DNA from: an uncultured Bacteroidales bacterium
GTDB lineage: Bacteria; Bacteroidota; Bacteroidia; Bacteroidales; Bacteroidaceae
Length of the DNA stretch: 64,000 nt
Assembly: GCA_937916465.1 (NCBI GenBank)
Contig: CALFTK010000021.1
Span: 35,297-99,296, forward strand
Reading direction: 5' to 3'
The notes below the pieces were generated by a model. It did not search any database. It had not been told where the DNA came from and worked only from the letters and a program-made list of their open reading frames with translations. This document shows positions 1-10,886 of this stretch, piece after piece; positions within the stretch are counted from its first letter, which is position 1; the number at the start of each line of letters is the position of its first letter. A program made the translations under genes and the position numbers.

Positions 1-703
1 TTCGGTAAGATACACCTAAATTGCCCTGCAATTGGTTGTAGTGCATATTTTCGCGGTGCCCATTGCTTTGGTTGTATATAACAGAAGCGTGCGCTTTCAG
101 TTTATCCTTGGAATATGATGTTGCTATATTGGACTGCAAAGAGTTATGTGAACCGTATGCCACTGTGGCTGAACCATTAAAACCGTGGTATGCCGGACTG
201 CCTGTTATTATGTTCATTGTACCACCCATGGCATTTGAACCATATAAAACAGATGACGGGCCACGTACTATCTCTATTCTTTTGGCCATGGTTGCCTGAT
301 ATAAATCAGCAATAGGGTGTCCCATCAAACCAGCGTATTGCGGATGTCCGTCTATAAGTACCAACATTTGTGCTGAATTTGTTCCTCCTATGCCACGTAT
401 GTTTATACCACCTGCTGCTCCTGTAGATATTCCGTAGCCCATTACGCTGCGTGATGTGCTGAAAAACCCGGGTATCTGTTCATTCAGAATAGTGAGTAGC
501 GATGGTTCAAATCTGGATTCAATATCTTCACTATCAATAACGGAAACTGTTGACGGAATTTCTGAAACGGGGGACTGGTCTCTACTTCCGGTAATAACAA
601 TCTCATTCAAATCAATTCCTGCCAATGCATCTTGATTGTTATTTGCCGATAAGGTGCAAGCAAAGGTTAGTGCAAATAGTATTATGCTAAATTGTTTTTT
701 CAT
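1..703 (-). CDS. TonB-dependent receptor, N-terminal part (signal peptide plus plug domain); runs off the left edge of the window
   Basis: I translated the minus strand from the ATG at 703-701: MKKQFSIILFALTFAC...NEIVITGSRDQSPVSEIPSTVSVI...IEIVRGPSSVLYGSNAMGGTMNIIT. These are typical plug-domain motifs. The ORF is missing from the track because it has no stop inside the window. Confidence 0.8.
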   Translation of the reverse strand, partial: MKKQFSIILFALTFACTLSANNNQDALAGIDLNEIVITGSRDQSPVSEIPSTVSVIDSEDIESRFEPSLLTILNEQIPGFFSTSRSVMGYGISTGAAGGINIRGIGGTNSAQMLVLIDGHPQYAGLMGHPIADLYQATMAKRIEIVRGPSSVLYGSNAMGGTMNIITGSPAYHGFNGSATVAYGSHNSLQSNIATSYSKDKLKAHASVIYNQSNGHRENMHYNQLQGNLGVSYR

Positions 704-838
704 TGAATATCCTATTTGGGTTAGTATCTATTCTTTTCGTTGCAAAAATAGTGGTTTTATTCATTTATTCAATACGTAATAAGGTCATTTTGAAAAGTAT
801 AGTTAAATTTGCAGATAAGAATATTTGTTTAGGACTAT

Positions 839-2068
839 ATGGTATTGAATTGGATTTGGGTGGCTTTTTTTCTGATAGCGTTTGTGGTGGCGCTGTTGCA
901 TCTGATATTTGCAGGCGATGCAAGCATATTTGAATCGATAATAAACTCCACTTTCGATTCTGCTAAGACAGGTTTTGAAATATCATTGGGTCTTACCGGT
1001 GTGCTATCTTTGTGGTTAGGTATAATGAAGATAGGCGAAAAGGGTGGCGTAGTAGATATTTTTGCTCGAATGTTAAGCCCGGTATTTTCACGCTTGTTTC
1101 CATCGCTTCCCAAAAATGATCCGGCATACGGTTCTATCTTTATGAATATTGCCGCCAATATGTTGGGTTTAGACAATGCTGCCACACCTATGGGGCTGAA
1201 AGCAATGGAGCGAATGCAGGAACTGAACAAAGAGAAAGATACTGCTTCCGATGCCATGATAATGTTCCTTGTACTGAATACATCCGGTCTGACTATTATT
1301 CCGGTAAGCGTAATGGTCTATAGGGCGCAATTGGGTGCAGCACAACCTGCTGATGTCTTTCTACCTATTCTGCTTGCTACATTCTTTTCTACTATGGTGG
1401 GCTTGATAGCTACCTGTTTAATTCAGAAAATCAAATTCGATAAAGTGCTGTTTGCTTTCTTTGGCGGTTTAAGCATTTTGGTGGCATTGATAATATGGGG
1501 TTTCAGCTCTATGCCGGCAGTTAAGATAGGTTCATTATCTACATCAGTAGCAAACATTATTCTGGTATTGGTCATAGTGGGCTTTATGGTAACAGGAATA
1601 ATAAAGAAGGTAAATGTGTATGAAGCCTTTGTTGAGGGCGCAAAAGATGGATTTACCACAGCAGTAAGAATTATACCGTATCTGGTAGCAATACTTGTTG
1701 GTATAGGTGTATTCCGTGCTTCGGGTGCAATGGATTTTATAGTGGATGGTGTGGCCTGGTGCGTGGAAAAATGCGGAATCAACAGTGATTTTGTGGCTGC
1801 TCTGCCTACAGCTTTGATGAAACCTTTAAGCGGGAGCGGTGCACGTGGCCTTATGATTGATGCAATGACCACATACGGCGCCGATTCGTTTGTAGGACGT
1901 ATGGCATGTCTGTTCCAGGGTTCTACCGATACCACGTTCTATATACTTGCCGTCTATTTTGGCAGTGTAGGTATTAAGAAGACAAAGTATGCGGTGCAGT
2001 GCGGTCTGTTGGCCGATTTGGCAGGTATTTTGGCGGCCATTGCAATGGGATATATATTTTTTGGATAA
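839..2068 (+). CDS. Nucleoside-recognition (gate) domain membrane protein, fused SpmA/SpmB-like
   Basis: 409-aa polytopic membrane ORF. The N-terminal segment (MVLNWIWVAFFLIAF...GLTGVLSLWLGIMKIGEKGG) resembles the SpmA/SpmB nucleoside transporter gate family. Confidence 0.6.
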   Translation: MVLNWIWVAFFLIAFVVALLHLIFAGDASIFESIINSTFDSAKTGFEISLGLTGVLSLWLGIMKIGEKGGVVDIFARMLSPVFSRLFPSLPKNDPAYGSIFMNIAANMLGLDNAATPMGLKAMERMQELNKEKDTASDAMIMFLVLNTSGLTIIPVSVMVYRAQLGAAQPADVFLPILLATFFSTMVGLIATCLIQKIKFDKVLFAFFGGLSILVALIIWGFSSMPAVKIGSLSTSVANIILVLVIVGFMVTGIIKKVNVYEAFVEGAKDGFTTAVRIIPYLVAILVGIGVFRASGAMDFIVDGVAWCVEKCGINSDFVAALPTALMKPLSGSGARGLMIDAMTTYGADSFVGRMACLFQGSTDTTFYILAVYFGSVGIKKTKYAVQCGLLADLAGILAAIAMGYIFFG

Positions 2069-2085
2069 CATAAAATTATAATAGA

Positions 2086-2508
2086 GTGTCTAAGATTGCA
2101 TTTTATACAGAAAACATAAAGATGCCAGCTATTAACAAAAGCAGGGTAAAGGAGTGGCTTAAAGAGGTTGCAGCTTTCTATAACAGGGAGATAGGTGCAT
2201 TAAATTACATTTTTTGTGGTGATGACAGGATTATAGAGGTAAATAATCAATTTTTAGGTCATAATTACTATACCGATATAATTACGTTCGATTACTCTGA
2301 TAATAAGATAGTTAGCGGTGATATGTATGTTAGTGTAGATACTATATGTAGCAATTCTTTGAAATATAAAACATCTTTTGACACTGAATTGCATAGAGTT
2401 ATAGTACATGGTTTATTACATTTGTGCGGAATTAACGATAAAGGTCCCGGCGAAAGGAAGATTATGGAGGCTGCCGAAGAGAGAGCTTTATCTATTTTAA
2501 ACAGATAA
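2086..2508 (+). CDS. ybeY: Endoribonuclease YbeY (rRNA maturation)
   Basis: 140 aa with the zinc-binding signature HRVIVHGLLHLCGINDK. Size and context fit YbeY. Confidence 0.85.
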   Translation: MSKIAFYTENIKMPAINKSRVKEWLKEVAAFYNREIGALNYIFCGDDRIIEVNNQFLGHNYYTDIITFDYSDNKIVSGDMYVSVDTICSNSLKYKTSFDTELHRVIVHGLLHLCGINDKGPGERKIMEAAEERALSILNR

Positions 2509-2512
2509 GAAT

Positions 2513-5500
2513 ATGAAGAAAAGATTATATACTTTAGCTACATTGGCGTTATTGCCTCTGTTGTTGTTTGCACAACCGCAATTACAGTTGGAGAGTGCAG
2601 ATGGATTCCTGAAAGAGGGAAGAAGACTGTTTAATCAGAACGATTATCAGGCTGCCGAAACATATCTGGAAAAGTGGCAAGATTTAACTAAACAGCAGAA
2701 TGGCACAGAAGCCAGAGATGAAGAGGTGGAATATATGCTTTTGGTTATAGATGCCGAAGCCAATTTATATGCTGCTGCGGGTGCTATTTCTGAATATCAG
2801 GCTCGTTATCCATATTCCATATATACTAATAGACTTAATTCGTTGATGGCAGCATCATATTATGAACAATGCGAATATGAAAATGCAGTCTATTGGTATG
2901 AAAAGACAGATATAGAGAAACTTACTATGTCTGATGTGTTACGAGCTACCTATTTTTATATGGTCTCTTTGTTAAAAACAGATAATTTGGATGCAGCCAA
3001 ACAGCAGTTAGCCATATTGAAAATGATTGATAACGGCAGTTATTCCGGTGAAATAGTCTTTTATGAAGCCTATGTGGATTATCTGCAGGAAAACTATGAA
3101 AAGGCTAAAGAGGGGTTCTCCATAAGTCGCGGACTTACATATTTTGCAAATGAATCGAATCTGTATCTGGCAGAAATAGAGTTGATTCAAGGCAATTATA
3201 CCGTGGCTGCCGATATTGCAGCTCTGCTTTTGGAGAGCGATGCATCCGAAGCGCTTTTGTTAGAATCGGAGAGAATAATGGGTGTATCGTTATTCATGCT
3301 TGAACAGTATGAAGATGCAATTCTGTTCCTATCCAGTTATGTAATGAGCAGTGAACAGGTAGAGCGTCAGGAACTCTATTGTCTGGGTGTATCATGTTAT
3401 AAGATAGGCGATAATGAAGGCGCAATAGAGTATCTGAAACGTGTTACAAAAGTTATTGATGATATGTCACAAAATGCATTGCTTTATCTTGGAATGGCAT
3501 ATCTGAATAATAATGAAAAACAGCAGGCGCTAATCTCTTTTGAAGAGGCTACATTGATTACTGGTAATGATGCTGTACGTGAACAGGCAATGTATAATTA
3601 TGCTATGGTAGTACATGAAATGCCCCATTCGATGTTTGTAGAATCGGTGCTGGCTTTTGAGAATTTTCTGAATGAATATCCTAAGTCAAAATACGTGGAC
3701 AATGTAAATAGCTATCTGATAGATGTTTATATGAACACGACCAGTTATGACGCGGCTTTGGCATCAATTGCAAAAATCAATAATCCCGGTGCATCTATTT
3801 TGGAGGCCAAACAGCAGTTGTTGTATAAAAAAGCCATGGAACTGTATGCCAATTCCAACTATGCAGAAGCTGCACAAATGTTTGGCTCGGCCATTGAGTA
3901 CATGGATTTGAATAAACAGTTGGCAACCGACGCCTATTTCTGGCGTGCCGAATCGTATTATCGCAGCGGTAATGTAAGCAAAGCGGAATTGGACTATAAC
4001 AAATATATTCAGTTGGCATCAACAAAAAACAGTCGTAATTATGTATTATCCCAATATGGTTTGGGTTACATTAATTACAATAATGAAAAATATGCTAAAG
4101 CGTTAAATAATTTTACAGAAATGCTGAATAGAGTATCGGTTGTAAAGGTATCTGATAGTTTTGTGACCGATGCCTGTATAAGGGTGGCAGATTGCCATTT
4201 CTATATGCGCTCATTGGATAAGGCAATCGATTATTACAATGCAGCCCTGAATATGAATCCGGCAATGGGCGATTATGTACTTTATCAGAAGGGATTGGTT
4301 AGCGGACTACAGCATAGTTATCGTGATAAAGTTGCATCCTTGGAACGTCTTGTAACCGATTATCCTACATCTACATACGTGCCTATGGCACTCTACGAAG
4401 CCGGCAGAGCATATAGGCAGATGGACAGCACAACCGATGCAATCAGAGTCTTCAACAAGATTGTATCTGATTATCCGCAAAGCGATTTAGCAAGAATAGC
4501 TTCTACTGAAATAGCACAGATATACTATCAGGTAGAAGATTATCAAAAGGCTATATCAGCATATAAACAAATTGTCGATAGATTTCCGGGCAGTGACGAG
4601 GCGCGTCTTGCCATGCGTGATTTGCGTTCTATCTATGTGGAGCAAGGTGATGTGAACAGCTTCCTAAAGTATTCGGAGACTGTACAAGGGGTTGCTCCTA
4701 TTCAACTTAATGAACGTGATTCCTTGTCGTATGCTTCGGCAGAACTGGTCTTTAGCCGTGGCGACTATAAAAACGCCCTAAATCTGTTTGAACAATATCT
4801 GGAAGAGTTCCCCCAAGGGGCTTATGCAGTAAATGCCTGGTATTATCAGGCGGTTATTTATCAGAATGACAACAATTACGAAAAGGCACTGGATAGTTAT
4901 CTAAAGAGTGCCGCGTATGAAAACAGCCGTTTCTGTGAAGAATCGCTCGATAAAGCTGCAGTTATGGCTTATACCGTTGGCGATTATCAGACTGCATTCA
5001 ATACCTATCAGCGTTTGGTAGCAAAAACCATTAATTCGGAAAAGAGACGAAATGGTTATACCGGGCTGGTTAATAGTGCAGTGCAGTTGGGTAATCATAC
5101 AGCGGTGTTGGAATATGTGGATAGAGCTCTGGAAGTGGTTCTAACCCCTGCCGAGCGTACCGCATTGACATTCCATAAAGCCAAATCACTGTTGGCAACA
5201 GGTAATAGCAATGAGGCTCAAAAACTGTTTGAACAGTTATCAGCCGATACCAGAACTGCCTATGGTGCAGAATCGGATTACAGACTAAGCCAGATCCTGT
5301 TCGATGGTGGTGATAGTAAAGCAGCAGAAAAGAATGTTATGGAACTTATTCAGACAGGAACATCACATTCCTATTGGTTAGCACGTAGTTTTATTCTTTT
5401 AGCCGATATCTATATGGCCGAAGATAAAATGATTGAGGCACGTCAATATCTGTTGTCATTGCAACGTAATTATACTGCACAAGGTGACGATATTCCGGAA

Positions 5501-5536
5501 ATGATAAGGGAAAGATTAAGTAAAATTGAAGAGTGA
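2513..5536 (+). CDS. Large secreted tetratricopeptide-repeat protein
   Basis: 1007 aa with an N-terminal signal peptide (MKKRLYTLATLALLPLLLFAQ). Repeated Y/A/L-rich helical TPR-like units run through the whole length. Confidence 0.7.
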   Translation: MKKRLYTLATLALLPLLLFAQPQLQLESADGFLKEGRRLFNQNDYQAAETYLEKWQDLTKQQNGTEARDEEVEYMLLVIDAEANLYAAAGAISEYQARYPYSIYTNRLNSLMAASYYEQCEYENAVYWYEKTDIEKLTMSDVLRATYFYMVSLLKTDNLDAAKQQLAILKMIDNGSYSGEIVFYEAYVDYLQENYEKAKEGFSISRGLTYFANESNLYLAEIELIQGNYTVAADIAALLLESDASEALLLESERIMGVSLFMLEQYEDAILFLSSYVMSSEQVERQELYCLGVSCYKIGDNEGAIEYLKRVTKVIDDMSQNALLYLGMAYLNNNEKQQALISFEEATLITGNDAVREQAMYNYAMVVHEMPHSMFVESVLAFENFLNEYPKSKYVDNVNSYLIDVYMNTTSYDAALASIAKINNPGASILEAKQQLLYKKAMELYANSNYAEAAQMFGSAIEYMDLNKQLATDAYFWRAESYYRSGNVSKAELDYNKYIQLASTKNSRNYVLSQYGLGYINYNNEKYAKALNNFTEMLNRVSVVKVSDSFVTDACIRVADCHFYMRSLDKAIDYYNAALNMNPAMGDYVLYQKGLVSGLQHSYRDKVASLERLVTDYPTSTYVPMALYEAGRAYRQMDSTTDAIRVFNKIVSDYPQSDLARIASTEIAQIYYQVEDYQKAISAYKQIVDRFPGSDEARLAMRDLRSIYVEQGDVNSFLKYSETVQGVAPIQLNERDSLSYASAELVFSRGDYKNALNLFEQYLEEFPQGAYAVNAWYYQAVIYQNDNNYEKALDSYLKSAAYENSRFCEESLDKAAVMAYTVGDYQTAFNTYQRLVAKTINSEKRRNGYTGLVNSAVQLGNHTAVLEYVDRALEVVLTPAERTALTFHKAKSLLATGNSNEAQKLFEQLSADTRTAYGAESDYRLSQILFDGGDSKAAEKNVMELIQTGTSHSYWLARSFILLADIYMAEDKMIEARQYLLSLQRNYTAQGDDIPEMIRERLSKIEE

Positions 5537-7170
5537 TTATGAAAAATAGATATTTTTTGTTTGCATTGTCCGCATTAGTGCTAACAATGCCAATGTGGGG
5601 ACAGAATGATAATCTGCTTCCTTCAAGAACAATGACTATAGAGGGAACCTACAACCCGGCCTTGTCAAAAGGGGAAAAGATAACTGTAGCATCGGAGCAG
5701 TTGAATACTGAACGACAAGTAACAAATGTACAATATGTTACAGACGAACCTCAGGTTGCGGTCTATGAACGTGTACCAATACAGCCATTTGAAGCCAATC
5801 TTGAAATTGAAGAGGTTGATGTTTTTTCCGGATTTCTAAGTGGTGGTTATGGTTTAAGAAATAATTTTGATGCACTTATGGATTTGGAGTTTGCTAATTC
5901 TAATGGTACTGTATTTGGTTTTGATGGCTATATGGAGGGCTGGAATACCGAATTGGATGATGATTGGCGTTCCAAAATGTTTAATTCAAATGCAGAACTT
6001 TCATTCATGCACAGTTTTGATAATATCTCTATAGCTTTTGATGCCGATTATGGTTATCGCCGATACAATATTAGAAAAGGTAGCCTGATGGAATTCTATG
6101 GCAATGGATTAAACCGTTTCAATAGGGTAATAAATGAAGGCTCGTTTTTTGCCTCCATATTATCTGTTGGCGATTCTCCATGGGACTACTATTTGCAGGT
6201 GGGCTATCAAGGATTTAAAGGTAATAAACTTATTATCAATGACAAGAATCAAGACTACGATGAAAATATTCTACGTCTAAATGGTAATATTTCATTGCCG
6301 TTGGAATCGGGTATATTAAGTGTTGATTATAACCAAAAAAGTGTGTTGAATGATAAATATTCAACCATTACACTTACTCCTGCATGGATATGGAGCAACG
6401 AAAAGACATTCTTGTCATTGGGAGCCAATATAGATTTAAGAACAAAAAAGGAGGATGCAATATTAGCATCTCCTATGGTGATATACCGTAATCAGATGAA
6501 AACAAAAAGGAATATTGGTATATTATCGTTTACAGAAATCTCTGGTGGATTGATAGATAATGATATGCGTTCCTTATGGACTCTGTCACCATATTGGAGC
6601 AGCCAGAACAAAATTAAAGATGGATATACACTGGTTGATATATATTCCGGTTTGACCTTCTCGTTTACAGATAAGGTGACAATGGTTATAGGTAATGGTT
6701 TTAGTTATACAAAAAATGCTCTGTTTCAGACACTGTCCGATTCTATCATAGTTAGTTCCATGTTGGAACAGCACAATTCGGGATTGTTCTATAATAAACT
6801 GACTATTGATGCAGAAATGTCATCGTTGCTGAGTATGCGTTTTGGTGTAACTCACTATGATTGGACCAACAAGGATCTGGGTAAAGCCTTAACCTACAAA
6901 CCTGTTTGGGATATAACACTCGATTCAAGATTCATAATTACCGATGCTTTTGATGTGGTATTATCATACAATTTCAGCAAATTCCACAAATACAACGGTA
7001 AGGCAATAAACAATATGAATAATCTTTCGTTGAGCGCCGACTACAGATTTAGAAACAATTTGTCGCTATTTGCCGATTTGAACAACATTTTTAATAGTAG
7101 GCACTACTATTATGCAGGGTATATGGCACAAAAGTTCAATTTTGTAATAGGTGCAGCGTATAGATTCTGA
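5533..7170 (+). CDS. Putative outer-membrane beta-barrel protein
   Basis: 545 aa with a signal peptide, alternating aromatic/hydrophilic beta-strand patterns and a C-terminal ...GAAYRF aromatic terminus. It overlaps the stop of the TPR gene by 4 nt (ATGA). Confidence 0.5.
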   Translation: MIMKNRYFLFALSALVLTMPMWGQNDNLLPSRTMTIEGTYNPALSKGEKITVASEQLNTERQVTNVQYVTDEPQVAVYERVPIQPFEANLEIEEVDVFSGFLSGGYGLRNNFDALMDLEFANSNGTVFGFDGYMEGWNTELDDDWRSKMFNSNAELSFMHSFDNISIAFDADYGYRRYNIRKGSLMEFYGNGLNRFNRVINEGSFFASILSVGDSPWDYYLQVGYQGFKGNKLIINDKNQDYDENILRLNGNISLPLESGILSVDYNQKSVLNDKYSTITLTPAWIWSNEKTFLSLGANIDLRTKKEDAILASPMVIYRNQMKTKRNIGILSFTEISGGLIDNDMRSLWTLSPYWSSQNKIKDGYTLVDIYSGLTFSFTDKVTMVIGNGFSYTKNALFQTLSDSIIVSSMLEQHNSGLFYNKLTIDAEMSSLLSMRFGVTHYDWTNKDLGKALTYKPVWDITLDSRFIITDAFDVVLSYNFSKFHKYNGKAINNMNNLSLSADYRFRNNLSLFADLNNIFNSRHYYYAGYMAQKFNFVIGAAYRF

Positions 7171-7181
7171 AATTTTTGTTC

Positions 7182-7189
7182 TACTTTTG
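7182..7189 (+). promoter_or_regulatory. Bacteroides-type -7 promoter box (TACTTTTG) upstream of topA
   Basis: Matches the TAnnTTTG consensus of Bacteroides sigma-ABfr promoters and lies 40 nt upstream of the topA ATG. Confidence 0.45.
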
Positions 7190-7228
7190 CCCCCGATTTT
7201 TTTTCGGAGCAAATTAATTTGAAGAGTA

Positions 7229-9568
7229 ATGCAGAAAAATTTAGTGATAGTTGAGTCTCCGGCCAAAGCCAAGACAATAGAGAAATTCCTTGGAAAAGAC
7301 TTTAAAGTTTTATCAAGCTATGGCCATATATGTGACCTTAAAAAGAAGGATCTAAGTATTGATACAGATACATTTGAACCTATATACGAGATACCTCAAG
7401 ATAAAAAAAGAGTTGTTACGGAACTGAAAGAGGCTGCAGCCAAGGCAGAAATGGTTTGGTTGGCTTCCGATGAGGACCGCGAAGGAGAGGCTATCAGCTG
7501 GCATCTGTATGATACATTGGAACTAAAGCCGGAAAAGACAAAACGTATTGTATTTCACGAAATTACTAAGAATGCCATATTGCAGGCAATAGAAAACCCG
7601 CGCGATATAGACAGAAATCTGGTGCTTGCCCAGCAGGCCAGACGTGTTCTGGATAGAATAGTTGGTTTTAAACTTTCACCTGTTTTGTGGCGTAAAATCA
7701 AACCGTCGCTGTCAGCAGGACGTGTTCAGTCTGTGGCTGTTCGTCTTATTGTAGAGCGTGAACGTGAAATTAAAGCGTTCAAACCGGAAGTTTCGTATAA
7801 AGTGGTTGCAATATTCAGCTATCAGACTGCAGAAGGAAATGTGGTGAATGTCAAAGCGGATTACAGTGAGCGTTTCAAATCGAAAGAAGAGGCTACCCGT
7901 TTTCTTGAAAGTTGTGTAGGCAAAGAATTTTCGGTGAAGGATATCTCTGTGAAACCTCTTGTTAAAACGCCTGCTCCTCCGTTCACTACTTCTACTCTTC
8001 AACAGGAAGCTGCCAGAAAATATGGCTTTACAGTAATACAAACCATGATGTTGGCACAGCGCCTGTATGAATCGGGACGTATTACATATATGCGTACAGA
8101 CTCAGTAAACCTGTCATCGCTCTGTATCAATTCAAGCCGCAAGGTTATAGAAGATACTATGGGTGCTGAATATGTAAAGAGCAGGCAGTATAACGTTAAA
8201 TCCAAAGGTGCGCAGGAGGCTCACGAAGCAATTCGTCCAACATATATGGAGAATGCAACAATAGATGCTCCTGCACCCGAAAGAAGAATATATGAACTAA
8301 TCTGGAAACGTACCATCGCATCGCAGATGGCAGATGCTCAGATTGAGAAGACTGTTGTAGCCGTTCAGGCCGATGGCTTGCAAGGCGAATTTGTAATTAC
8401 CGGCGAAATAACAAAGTTTGATGGTTTTCTTAAGGTTTATCGTGAATCGCGTGATGATGATCAGGAGACAATCAACGAAAGTGTTTCGGGAATGCCGGCA
8501 TTTGCCGTAGGTAATAAACTGCAAGTTGTTAATATTGATGCAGTAGAACGCCTTACACAGCGTCCGCAGAGATACAACGAAGCTGCTCTTGTTCATAAAA
8601 TGGAAGAATTAGGTATAGGTCGTCCATCTACATACGCCCCAACAATCAGCACAATTCAGCAGCGCGAATATGTGTTGCGTGAAGATATAGCAGGTAAGAT
8701 GATCAATTATAATCTTATCAGGCTACAAGACGATACGATAACAGAACAGACTCTTTCAGAGAATCACGGTTCTGAAAAGTCAAAACTTGTTCCAACAGAT
8801 ATAGGACTGGTTGTAAACGATTTCCTATTGGATAGTTTCCCTGATATTATGAGTTATAACTTTACTGCAATGGTAGAAAAAGAATTTGACGGTATTGCTG
8901 ACGGTGAGAAGCCTTGGGATGCAGTAATTCGTGAATTCTATGCCGATTTCGCACCTGCAGTAGATAGTGCTATGACACAGAAAAACGAATATAAGGTGGG
9001 TGAACGCGTCTTAGGTACAGATCCTGTATCGGGCAAACCTGTAACTGTCAAGATAGGCAGATATGGTCCTATTGTTCAGATAGGCAGTGCCGAAGATGAA
9101 GAGAAACCTCGCTTTGCGCAGATGAAGAAGGGACAGACTCTTGAAAATATAACCTTTGAACAGGCAATGGAACTCTTTAAGTTGCCTCGCACTCTTGGCG
9201 AATATAACGGGCAATCAGTTATAATTGGTACAGGAAAATTTGGCCCATACATACGTTATGGCAGTTCATACGTATCGATACCTAAAACTCTCGATCCGCA
9301 TACTATTACTTTTGAACAGGTGTTGGAACTGATAAAAGAAAAGGAACAGACCGAAGCAAATAAACTGATAAAGAAGTTTGAAGGCGAATTGGATGTAGAG
9401 ATTCTGAACGGTCGATATGGTCCATATATTGCAAGTGGTGGCAAAAACTATAAGATTCCAAAGAACCTGAATCCTGCTGACTTGACAATAGAAGAGTGCA
9501 AGAATATTATCAGTGAATTAGAATCCAAGGGAACTGCTACAAAACGTCGTTCAACCAAACGTAAATAA
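7229..9568 (+). CDS. topA: DNA topoisomerase I
   Basis: 779 aa with the TOPRIM start LVIVESPAKAKTIEKFLG, a DEDREGE motif, and a C-terminal repeated zinc-ribbon-like/KR-rich tail. Confidence 0.95.
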   Translation: MQKNLVIVESPAKAKTIEKFLGKDFKVLSSYGHICDLKKKDLSIDTDTFEPIYEIPQDKKRVVTELKEAAAKAEMVWLASDEDREGEAISWHLYDTLELKPEKTKRIVFHEITKNAILQAIENPRDIDRNLVLAQQARRVLDRIVGFKLSPVLWRKIKPSLSAGRVQSVAVRLIVEREREIKAFKPEVSYKVVAIFSYQTAEGNVVNVKADYSERFKSKEEATRFLESCVGKEFSVKDISVKPLVKTPAPPFTTSTLQQEAARKYGFTVIQTMMLAQRLYESGRITYMRTDSVNLSSLCINSSRKVIEDTMGAEYVKSRQYNVKSKGAQEAHEAIRPTYMENATIDAPAPERRIYELIWKRTIASQMADAQIEKTVVAVQADGLQGEFVITGEITKFDGFLKVYRESRDDDQETINESVSGMPAFAVGNKLQVVNIDAVERLTQRPQRYNEAALVHKMEELGIGRPSTYAPTISTIQQREYVLREDIAGKMINYNLIRLQDDTITEQTLSENHGSEKSKLVPTDIGLVVNDFLLDSFPDIMSYNFTAMVEKEFDGIADGEKPWDAVIREFYADFAPAVDSAMTQKNEYKVGERVLGTDPVSGKPVTVKIGRYGPIVQIGSAEDEEKPRFAQMKKGQTLENITFEQAMELFKLPRTLGEYNGQSVIIGTGKFGPYIRYGSSYVSIPKTLDPHTITFEQVLELIKEKEQTEANKLIKKFEGELDVEILNGRYGPYIASGGKNYKIPKNLNPADLTIEECKNIISELESKGTATKRRSTKRK

Positions 9569-10098
9569 TGGAACGTATCTTTCTGATAGGTTTTATGGGG
9601 GCAGGTAAGACAACGCTGGGAAAAGTGTTGTCTGCCAGTTTGGGACTCTCTTTCTGCGATCTTGATCAATATATAGAGCAGAGATATATGAAGAGTATTT
9701 CCGATATATTTGCACAGAGCGGTGAGCAAGGTTTTAGAGAGATAGAAAAAAAGATGTTGCATGAAGTAGCCGATTTTGAAGATGTGGTTATTGCGTGTGG
9801 CGGTTCAACTCCTCTGTTTTTCGACAATATGGATTATATGCTTGCCCGTGGCGAAACCATATATCTGAATGCCAGTGTAGATACTTTGGTAAGAAGATTG
9901 AAGGAGGCACGTTCTAAGCGTCCGCTTATAGCTCAGAAGAGTGATGAAGAACTGGAACTTTTTGTAAAGAGCGAAATTAAACGTAGAGAACCGGGTTATT
10001 TAAGAGCAAAGCATATATGCAGTGCAGATTCTCTGGAGAGTATAGACCAGATTTCAGATACTGTAAAAGAGGTAAAGAGACTGTTAGAAATAGAATAA
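9568..10098 (+). CDS. aroK: Shikimate kinase
   Basis: 176 aa with the P-loop GFMGAGKTTLGK and typical AroK length. Confidence 0.85.
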   Translation: MERIFLIGFMGAGKTTLGKVLSASLGLSFCDLDQYIEQRYMKSISDIFAQSGEQGFREIEKKMLHEVADFEDVVIACGGSTPLFFDNMDYMLARGETIYLNASVDTLVRRLKEARSKRPLIAQKSDEELELFVKSEIKRREPGYLRAKHICSADSLESIDQISDTVKEVKRLLEIE

Positions 10099-10112
10099 TA
10101 CAAAATCAGGAT

Positions 10113-10886
10113 ATGAAAGAACCATTGGTAATAGTAAAAGTGGGTGGAAAAATAGTTGAAGAACCTGAAACATTACAGCGTCTGTTGCAGGATTTTTCAA
10201 ATATACCGGGTAAAAAAATTCTTGTTCACGGTGGTGGACGTTCTGCAACAGCTATGGCAGCCAAATTAGGAATTGAGAGCAAAATGGTTGATGGCAGACG
10301 TATAACCGATGCCGAAACTCTGAAGGTAGTTACAATGGTTTATGGTGGTCTGGTGAATAAAAATATTGTAGCAGGACTACAAGCAAAGGGCATAAATGCA
10401 ATAGGTCTTACAGGTGCCGATTGTAATGTAATTCGTTCCGAAAAACGTCCGGTCAAGGAGATAGACTATGGTTTTGTAGGTGATGTAAAAGCTGTTAATG
10501 CCCAATTCCTATCTGAATTATTGGACAAAGATATAGTTCCGGTGCTTGCTCCGCTTACTCACGATAAGAATGGTAATATATTGAATACAAATGCCGATAC
10601 AATAGCCGGTGAAACAGCTAAAGCATTGGCTTCTATGTTCAAAGTTACACTAATATTCTGTTTTGAAAAGCCGGGAGTTCTAATGAATCCCGACGACGAC
10701 AATACAGTTATCCCATATATATCATACTACGATTTCCCACTGTTGGTAGAAAATGGAACTATCAGCGGAGGTATGATACCAAAGATACAGAATGCCTTTA
10801 CCGCACTTACAGCAGGTGTGGCATCGGTGCTTATAACATCGGCTTCATCTTTGGATAATCTAACGGGAACAACTATAGCATTATAG
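10113..10886 (+). CDS. argB: Acetylglutamate kinase
   Basis: Amino-acid kinase motifs VVKVGGK and HGGG. I chose the ATG at 10113 (MKEPLVIVKVGGK) rather than the track start at 10017, which overlaps aroK. Confidence 0.85.
   Translation: MKEPLVIVKVGGKIVEEPETLQRLLQDFSNIPGKKILVHGGGRSATAMAAKLGIESKMVDGRRITDAETLKVVTMVYGGLVNKNIVAGLQAKGINAIGLTGADCNVIRSEKRPVKEIDYGFVGDVKAVNAQFLSELLDKDIVPVLAPLTHDKNGNILNTNADTIAGETAKALASMFKVTLIFCFEKPGVLMNPDDDNTVIPYISYYDFPLLVENGTISGGMIPKIQNAFTALTAGVASVLITSASSLDNLTGTTIAL

Noticed and set aside
10017-10112. A long N-terminal extension of argB overlapping aroK by 82 nt.
   Set aside because: The extension (MQCRFSGEYRPDFRYCKRGKETVRN...) is unlike amino-acid kinases. The ATG at 10113 gives the canonical MKEPLVIVKVGGK start just after the aroK stop.
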